A stretch of DNA of 64,000 nt from assembly GCA_023334545.1 (NCBI GenBank), contig JAADVB010000027.1:1-64000 (forward strand), given 5' to 3'. A program made the position numbers and the translations under genes. The DNA comes from Salisapilia sapeloensis CBS 127946 (taxonomy: Eukaryota; Protista; Oomycota). Shown here piece by piece: positions 56,593-64,000 of the stretch. Every line of letters starts with the position of its first letter. Positions within the stretch are counted from its first letter, which is position 1. Below the pieces are notes generated by a model that was given only the letters and a program-made list of their open reading frames with translations, was not told where the DNA came from and did no database searches.

Positions 56593-58039
56593 TTATGTCC
56601 ACGGATAGAACGCGCTGAAGAGCGACGTGCCTAAGATGTTGTAGAGTAAAAAGTAGGACAGCAGCGTCTTGCCTTTCGCACTGTCCATGGGGATGGCGGC
56701 GGCGCTCCAGTAGAGAGCAGGACAGGCAGACAGGAGGCGCGTAGTTACTTGGATGTGCACGACAAGGACAGCGTTGATGGCGAGGAAAAGCCAATGGCTG
56801 TAGTAGGGTAGCAACTCACTTTTATAGCACTTCAAGTACTTCATGAGACTGTAGGCTGAGAAGATCAGGATGGGAGAGGCCAGGAGGAAATTGGGGAGCT
56901 GCTGCAGCGTGTAGTAGCTGAAGAGACCGACGCCCCAGTACTCCTTCTGAATGAACATGTACATGGCGGATGGGTTGGGAAAGAGAGAAGCGCACCATGG
57001 CCGATCGTCAGCTTCGGAAGAAGACAGAGAAGGACAGTAGATGTAGGCACTGTAGGCAAAGTAGACGAGCTGTGGGACGAGGCAAAGTAGTCCGAGGAAA
57101 GCCGTGGACATCCAGTGGGTAAGAAATCTGCTGATGGAGGCTAGAGACGGAGTCGCCTGTAAGCAACGGTACGCCACGAACACTAGCAGATACGACGTTT
57201 TAGGATAAAGATTGGTATGAGGAGAGGAGGCAAGATACAGGACAGGAGGTTTCCATTCGATCTGGTCGCTGCGGCGAGACCAAAGAGAGCCGAGCATCGA
57301 AGCAGGTCAGAGTATTTGGACGACTGACGGTGCCGTTCGAGGTAGTAGAAGCCCATGAAACTCAAGCAGGCCATCAGACTACTCGTACATTCAACATCGG
57401 CAGATCTTTCGTACGATTAGTATGAATGTATACCTTTCCGTGTAGACAGCGGTCATAAAAATAGTGGCAGGGTTGATGCAGAACAAGAGGACAGCAGCTA
57501 GAGAAAAGTTAGGATCCTGGAAGAGGAGGTTCGTGAGACGATACAGGTAGACGGCAGCGACCACAAAACTCATGTTGCTATACAAGGTGCATGTTAGACG
57601 GTTGGTAGCGTGGTGGTGATTATCAATAGTACCTGATGAACCAGCCACTGACGATGACACCAGTGGTAGTCGTAAACGGGAGCAAGGCACTGAGGAAGAC
57701 GCAGTACCGGAAACGTATCCAACGTTCAATAGATACATACGTAGCAACCGAGTTAAATGCACAATCAAAATGCAGTTGTAGTATTTGCTACCTCATTGCG
57801 CGCATGAGCATGGGATAGAATGGGAAGAACGCGTGCATCTCTTCGTACGGGTAGCCGTGCTCAGCTATGGTCATAAAGTAGACTCCGTCCCAGTTGGCAA
57901 AGGAAGCGAGGGGCATCTTGCCCGACCCCGAGTACGCCGAGGTGTCATAAGGCTTGACGACCGCAGAGGCCATCCATGCGAGGAGAGAGACGACAACTCG
58001 AGAGGCCGTCGCGACGGCCACCACTCTGGTCTCGGCCAT
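56593..58039 (-). CDS. PIGV: GPI mannosyltransferase 2 (PIG-V/GPI18); multi-exon
   Basis: NWDGVYFMTIAEHGYPYEEMHAFFPFYP, FCINPATIFMTAVYTE, LAAATRSNG, YMFIQKEYWGVGLFSYY...PNFLLA, FYPWT. Confidence 0.92.
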
Positions 58040-58287
58040 GCTTGTTGAACAGCTATCCACCCTTGTGACATTTACTACCTGTGATCTTTGATATTTGTTT
58101 GAAATTAATGCGGTCGCGAACGTCCGGATTTGAATTTAACAGGCTGATGAGTATGCTGGATGACCAGAAGACAGTGTCCTGTGAAAAGTAATTTCTATCG
58201 AAATGAGTCCATTTCGCGATTCACCGACCAGAGAGAAGTTGCCGCCCGCGCGCTTTTCTTCTTCATACTATCGACGACGGCCGCACG

Positions 58288-60119
58288 ATGGACCCGCATG
58301 GCGTCAATCCGATGGGCATGCCGCAGATGTCCATTCCCATGAGTGGAGCTCTGTCGTCTGGCGGAGGAAACGCGTCCTCTGCGCAGATGATGAATATGGG
58401 CCAATACGGCATGCCACCCAATCAAAGCCAGATGATGATGATGAACACCATGAACGCGATGACGATGGGCATGAAGATGCCGCCGAATGTACAAATGGGC
58501 GGACACCAGATGAACCCGCCGCAAACGTCGCGACCGCAGGGCGGGGTCAACGCTCCGTCCGGTAACGACTGGCGAGTGCAACTGACGAGGGAACACCGCG
58601 CGAACCTCATCGCAAAAATGTACGAGCGCCTCTTACGTATTCATAAACACGTATACTTATCATTGCTAGTTATAACGAGATGGTTCGCGTGCAAAACGAA
58701 CCGCCCCCAGGTATCAAGCTTTGGATGCACGCGGCATGGTTCGAGCTGACCAACTACAAGGAGGCGCAGACACAGCAGGAGTACATCAACAAGATCTTCG
58801 GCAGGTTAAAGCAACTTCGAGGGCAGCAGACCAATCCGGCGGCGGAGGCCCAGAGCCAGAATATGCCCAACCGAGGCATGCTCACGCGCTTGGATTTCTC
58901 CTACTACAACAACAATCCTCATTTTGCCAGACTCCATCCGAGCGCAGGTGGAGCTGTCCCTAGCAATCACGAAGTGCCGTTAGGTGGAGGGCCGAATATG
59001 CCACCTCCGAAAGACAACAGAGAAAATATGATCGGGTCGAGTGGCTCCAGTGGAAACGCAGAGAATCCGGATGAGTACTGGACGCAGCACGCCGCGCTCA
59101 AAGCAAAGTACCACGATGACGTTGAAAAAGTACACAGTGCGTTTAAGAAGTATGTGGATCACATGAAAGATCAAAATGAGACGGACCAGAAGAGAAAACT
59201 GCGGTACCTGCTAGAGTACGTTCACTTGTGCGCCTGCGTGCTGAACGAGGACAAGTCGACGCATCCGCCGCGACGACTGGAAGAACTGGACAAGGTGTAC
59301 AAGTACATTGTCAAGATCGTGAACCCGTATCTGAAGAAATTGCGAACTGAAACGGACAAGCGCAGCTACGATCCGGCGACGAACACTTCTAGCTCCGCGA
59401 CACCTAATGGCAACAACTCGTCCGGGACGATGCCCGATCCGAACAAGCAGATGCATCAGGGCAAACCGCAGCAAATGACGCCACAGCAAAAGCAGCAATA
59501 TCACCAAATGCAGCAGCGCCAAGCGCAGATGCAACGCCAACAGCAGATGCAGCGCCAAACGTCCAACCCATCGCAGATGCCGCCTCACCAGCAATCTATG
59601 CAGCAGCAACTACGGCAGCAACAACAACAGCAGCAACAACAGCACCACCACCAGCAACAACAGCAGCAGCAGCAACAACAGCAGCAACAACAACAACAAA
59701 GAGGGCCGCAAGCGCGATCGCCGATGCCGAACCAGCAACAGCGACCGCAAGGAAACAATGGGCAGCAGAACATGCAGCGACCTAACAATGGGCAGCAGAA
59801 CCAGCGATCAGGAAACCCGAATAGCCGAGGGAGTCACGACAACATGCTTTCGCTTGACGATCCAAATTTGTACGGAGGAGACAGCGGACTGATGCACATG
59901 TCGTCCGGCCTGTCGACGTCGGGCTCTGGGAACCAATCGAGCAACAGCATGAGTTTCCCGAATGACCTGTCGCCCGGTACGCCCATGGATTTTATCGATT
60001 TTGACAGCACACAGCTGTCCGGCCTCGCCTTTGACGGCCAGGACACTGGCGCCAATGGGAACTCTGGGAACGACAATAATGACTCTTCCGACTTTATGAG
60101 CTTTGTCGAGACGCTCTAA
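58288..60119 (+). CDS. MED15: Mediator subunit 15-like protein: KIX domain, central helical domain, poly-Q
   Basis: After intron 58620-58669: DWRVQLTREHRANLIAKIYNEM...HAAWFELTNYKEAQTQQEYINKI (KIX). Central YWTQHAALKAKY block; poly-Q. Confidence 0.72.
59602..59700 (+). repeat. CAG/CAA polyglutamine tract with HHH interruption
   Basis: Read directly from the sequence. Confidence 0.9.
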
Positions 60120-61097
60120 CCACTCTGTAGGATGAATGCAAATTTTTCTTTCCGTTATAAATCCACTTGAACGTGTCTCGAGTCCAGTAGGGGTGTTAAC
60201 TGTGTATTAGGAGCGACGCAAGCGCATGGTGACTTGCTGCTTGCTGTTGTATATCTTGAATAGGTAGTCAGTCATTCGGATTAAACATGACCTATGCAAG
60301 ATGGAGGCTGGATATCCTTGTTCTTTCGACAGTGTACGTTTATGCAACAGTGACAGCACCTTGCATGCCCTTTCGTTCCGAACGGATACATTGACTAAGG
60401 TGGCAACGTCGTGAAATGCAGGGTCGCGCAAATTGCGATACATCGCCTGATTAGACTACGGCCGCTATCACGGACAGTAACAAGAACAAAATGAAGCAGG
60501 GGCTTCAAGGTGGCAGTCGCTCCTAGTATATCGCGAATTTGTCCTAGGAAAGAGTTAATGAGGGTGAGAGCTTTGCAGGAGGTAAAAAGTTTGTCTTTGA
60601 AATGCATTTCAAAGACCAATGGACACTTGGACTCTTGTTGTTGAGAAACAAAAGCATTGCAAAATACCACCCTTTGATTCGAAAGTAATGTTGCTACCAC
60701 CTTGATACGGAGACTCGAGAAGACAGTGACAGAACTGCAGACGATCCATTCGTTGTAAGAACAGCCCACAAGCAGGAAAAGGATATACACACTCCGATAA
60801 AAGAAAAAATAGAATGCTCCGTATGCAAGACTTTGGCTATACAAACACCAGATATTCTCGAAACCCTTCCTCGTGCAAGTAAATGCAATAAAATCCGCAT
60901 CCTTTCCATAGTAGAGCCATGCTCGCAGCTACAAGCTCTCTCAAAGCCTCTTCCGTCCTCTGACAGTGCAGCAACTGCAGTTTAAAAACGCATCAATGCT
61001 TCTTTTATCTGGACATGCCTATCAAGGTAAATCAGATGGAAACCGTGCCTCGAAATGAGTCTATGTCGCTGGCTTTTTCCCATTAAACGTAGCGACG

Positions 61098-63251
61098 ATG
61101 AAAAAGAGCTCAGGCAATCGGTTGCTCAAGACTGCCAGCACAAGCAGCATGGTCGGGAACAACCTCAACCTTCCGCCGTTGCGGTCCTCGGCCATCTCCA
61201 AAACGCTGGAAGAAGACCTGGAAAGCCAGGCACGCGCAGCTCTCGCACCCTTCAGCTTCGGGACGCAGGAAGCATACTTAAACTGGTCCGCCGTGCAGGA
61301 CTATGCAGGAGACAAGTCGCTTTCGAGCTCGAGCTCGGGTAAAGAAGCCATGAGTGCTAGTGGAGGACCCACTGGCGCCTATGCCGTCCTGTCGGAACGC
61401 GTCGCCCCCGTCGGTGTCAATGCTTTTCTATGGAATTTGATGAACAACAATGGCGATGCACTCGCGGCCAGTGCTGTCAATGACACTTCGACGGAAGACA
61501 CACCTGCGACAGACAATGATGAGACCGCCACGCCTCACAACGGCAGTCTCGGCTCGGACAATGATAACACAGGTGGACACAGTAGCTGGTTCACGTCGAA
61601 ATCGCTACAACAGTACTATTGCAAGAGCTCTGCGACTCTCCCAGCAACTGTGGCGGAAGTCGTGGACGCTGTCAACAGAAGCGACAAGGAAGAGTGCACG
61701 GACTTTGCCATGCAGTACTTTGTCGGCGTGAAAAACAGTGCGTCCGGTCTCATCTACCGCCGTCCGTCGACTCGTAAACGCGGGTACTCTCGCCCGTACC
61801 CCGGGACACAGCGTCCATCTCGAGAGATGCGTCGAAAGTTTATGCGAAGACACAAGTCGTCGTCCATGGGTCGCAAAACCTCCGGCTCAGCTCCGAGCAC
61901 ACCCGACAGAGACATGATCATGCGCCGCATGCAAAAGCATCAGAGCGAAAGCGAGAGCTCCGACGATGAAGAGAAGCTGTCGGATATGTCTCGTCCACCA
62001 AGTGCCGGCAGGATGTTCGGAGGCAACTCGAAGCGATCTAGTTGGACCATGAAACGAGAGGAATCAACCGGCGGATCGGAATCCGACTCGATGGAGTCGG
62101 TCGAAGAGCTTTCTCTCCAAGACCTAGGCCGCCACGTCCGTCGAGCCTCCGCGTCGTCTCCAACAGAAGCGGATAGTCCTCCCATGGATCCGACGACCAC
62201 GACCTTTCCTCCTCCGAATATGAAGATCAGTGCCATGCAGGAGAAGCTTCCACCGACGTCGGAAGTCGGGAACTACATGGACGAGTACGACATGTCGTTC
62301 GACATGAGTGGGAATCAAGGCCACATGACGATTAAGTGGGTTGTAGGAGAAAAGTCTGGTCGGATGTTTGGATCGAGAGCGCACTTTGTCCTTTTGGACT
62401 ATGAATGCGTCATCATAGACGACTGGGCTCCGAACTATGGACCCATGTACATTCGCATCCTACAGTCCATCTACTTGCCCCAGTGCCAGCCATGGACAGA
62501 TGAGTTCCCAGGTAGGAGACCGACAGACTTGCAGCCAGTGGGCTTCATGGTCCGTCCGTCGCGTACAAAGGAGGACCACGTAGATATTCAATTCGTCGGC
62601 TCTGTCCTGGAGAAGATGCAGCTCCCGATGGCCAGTCGACGCGCCAAGCTCAAGCAGCTGGCCTTTAAGCTCCCGACCAAGCTCCAGGAGCTGCTCACGA
62701 GTCGACGACTGTCTCAGTCGTTGCGGACGCACCAGCCTCTGTGGGTGCATAACCGGGAACGCATCGGATGCAAGCTATGCGACGCTCGCTTTGGTCTCTC
62801 TCGTCGACGTCACCACTGTCGCTTGTGTGGAGAAGTGTGCTGCGCCGACTGCTCTCCAAAGGTCGGCATCAATAGGAGAGAGAGTTCGATGCTCTCTCGT
62901 AGTACAAGTAATTCTGGTAGTAGTAAAAGTGTCCGAGTGTGCATCAGTTGTCTCCAGCGACGCCGACCGAGTGACGAAGCCACTGGGAACAACTCGTCTG
63001 GCGGTTCTGCAAGTCAGAACGCCAAGCTCAGTCCGACGAAGGGACTCGGCTACGGCGGCTGGAGCTCTGCGTCTAGCTACAACCTGTCGATGCCGTCGCC
63101 GCCGTTGAGCGTGAGCGACAGCCAGCAGTTCCAGATGAGTCGGTCTGCCACGAACGTCATGTCTCCATCGGCTCATGACATGCACTGGATCGGCAGCATG
63201 GGCGAGAAGAAGCACTCGCTTTCGGCGAGTGTTCTGCGTCGAAAGAAATAG
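61098..63251 (+). CDS. START-like + FYVE zinc-finger protein (family expanded in oomycetes)
   Basis: FYVE WVHNRERIGCKLC...RRRHHCRLCGEVCCADCS...VRVCISC. START-like strands TIKWVV...FVLLDY...IRILQSIYLPQC. Confidence 0.85.
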   Translation: MKKSSGNRLLKTASTSSMVGNNLNLPPLRSSAISKTLEEDLESQARAALAPFSFGTQEAYLNWSAVQDYAGDKSLSSSSSGKEAMSASGGPTGAYAVLSERVAPVGVNAFLWNLMNNNGDALAASAVNDTSTEDTPATDNDETATPHNGSLGSDNDNTGGHSSWFTSKSLQQYYCKSSATLPATVAEVVDAVNRSDKEECTDFAMQYFVGVKNSASGLIYRRPSTRKRGYSRPYPGTQRPSREMRRKFMRRHKSSSMGRKTSGSAPSTPDRDMIMRRMQKHQSESESSDDEEKLSDMSRPPSAGRMFGGNSKRSSWTMKREESTGGSESDSMESVEELSLQDLGRHVRRASASSPTEADSPPMDPTTTTFPPPNMKISAMQEKLPPTSEVGNYMDEYDMSFDMSGNQGHMTIKWVVGEKSGRMFGSRAHFVLLDYECVIIDDWAPNYGPMYIRILQSIYLPQCQPWTDEFPGRRPTDLQPVGFMVRPSRTKEDHVDIQFVGSVLEKMQLPMASRRAKLKQLAFKLPTKLQELLTSRRLSQSLRTHQPLWVHNRERIGCKLCDARFGLSRRRHHCRLCGEVCCADCSPKVGINRRESSMLSRSTSNSGSSKSVRVCISCLQRRRPSDEATGNNSSGGSASQNAKLSPTKGLGYGGWSSASSYNLSMPSPPLSVSDSQQFQMSRSATNVMSPSAHDMHWIGSMGEKKHSLSASVLRRKK

Positions 63252-63280
63252 AAACAAGAGGTAATGGAACACGTGTGTCT

Positions 63281-64000
63281 TTATTTTTGCTCCGGATGGA
63301 AATACTTTTGCAGTCCTTGACGCTGCGTTTCTGTCAGCTCCCTCGGGAACACGACATCGAATGTGATACGGAGATCGCCATGTCGACTCGGATCGTTCGT
63401 TCGAGGCATACCTTGGCCCTTGGCGACATGAACGTATCTCGGAGGTGTCACCTGGTCTCTTTCGATGTTGACGACGTGTCCATCTAGATGCTCCACTTGC
63501 TTTTGGAAACCGACGAGACTCTCCTTAAGACTGATGGCAAGGTCCATGTACAAGTCGTCTCCATCTCTTGTGAATACTGGATGAGGTAGTGTGGACAGGA
63601 TGATACGCAAGTGACCTGCTTGAGCATGTTTGTTCTCCGGGTGTTCATCCGCGTAGTTCTCCAGCTCCACTTCTAATCCGTCCGGAGATCCTTTCTCCAC
63701 ATCAATGTCAAAGTGCAGGTCCGTCATCTCCACCTTTCGTCCGCCGCATACAGGACAGGTGGACGTCGACATCTTTCCTTTGCCACCACACTTGTCACAA
63801 GTCGATTGGAACTGCTGGATGAAGCCCATGCCCATACGTCTCGTCGTCGTCTGGACACCAGACCCTCGGCACTGGTCACACACGTGGACGTGGTCTTCAT
63901 GCGCTGCTCCGGAGCCATGGCAGTGCGGACACACAGTCTGTCGACGGTAGGAGAATTGGATGGTCTCGCCAGAGTACAGGGTGGCTAGAGAGACTCGAAG
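63281..64000 (-). CDS. Type I DnaJ/Hsp40 co-chaperone, 3' part (zinc finger + C-terminal domain); 5' end outside the window
   Basis: Four CxxCxGxG-type repeats, then DnaJ_C (HPVFTRDGDDLYM...GQGMP...GDLRITFDVVFP). Confidence 0.92.
   Translation of the reverse strand, partial: LRVSLATLYSGETIQFSYRRQTVCPHCHGSGAAHEDHVHVCDQCRGSGVQTTTRRMGMGFIQQFQSTCDKCGGKGKMSTSTCPVCGGRKVEMTDLHFDIDVEKGSPDGLEVELENYADEHPENKHAQAGHLRIILSTLPHPVFTRDGDDLYMDLAISLKESLVGFQKQVEHLDGHVVNIERDQVTPPRYVHVAKGQGMPRTNDPSRHGDLRITFDVVFPRELTETQRQGLQKYFHPEQK

Noticed and set aside
1-64000. CRISPR arrays, rRNA, snRNAs, telomeric arrays, selenoprotein signals
   Set aside because: No repeat-spacer arrays, rRNA or snRNA signatures, TTTAGGG tracts or in-frame UGA within conserved domains were seen.

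Overview
Gene-dense eukaryotic nuclear DNA with short GT-AG introns, most likely from an oomycete. This is inferred from Initiator+FPR core promoters (TCAYTYYNCMWTTTNC), a START-like+FYVE protein, and a sugar-porter family with a C-x9-C-x-MFPGH first loop. It holds about 30 protein genes and one tRNA-Ala(CGC). Housekeeping genes: CUE/Smr nuclease, tandem PH protein, theta GST, Tul1-type RING ligase, SMYD, APC5, Sec24, GTPBP, MRE11, OMA1, mucolipin, PUB protein, TMEM135, PUFA elongase, tandem PHD protein, PIG-V, MED15-like protein, partial DnaJ. No CRISPR, rRNA or intact transposon was seen. Main leads: (1) five intronless GLUT-like transporters, four with the sugar-binding QQ of TM7 changed to RQ plus two sub-clade sets of further pocket changes; (2) two single-pass membrane proteins sharing an 8-cysteine ectodomain I cannot assign to a family, flanking a mucolipin channel gene, one head-to-head across 116 bp; (3) an identical 15-bp sequence over the stop codons of two neighbouring unrelated genes, one followed by 93 open in-frame codons; (4) an imperfect inverted repeat between two convergent transporter 3' ends; (5) a probable pseudo-enzymatic, truncated 3-hydroxyacyl-CoA dehydrogenase. 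Family calls come from recognising motifs by eye, not from database searches, and exon boundaries are manual.
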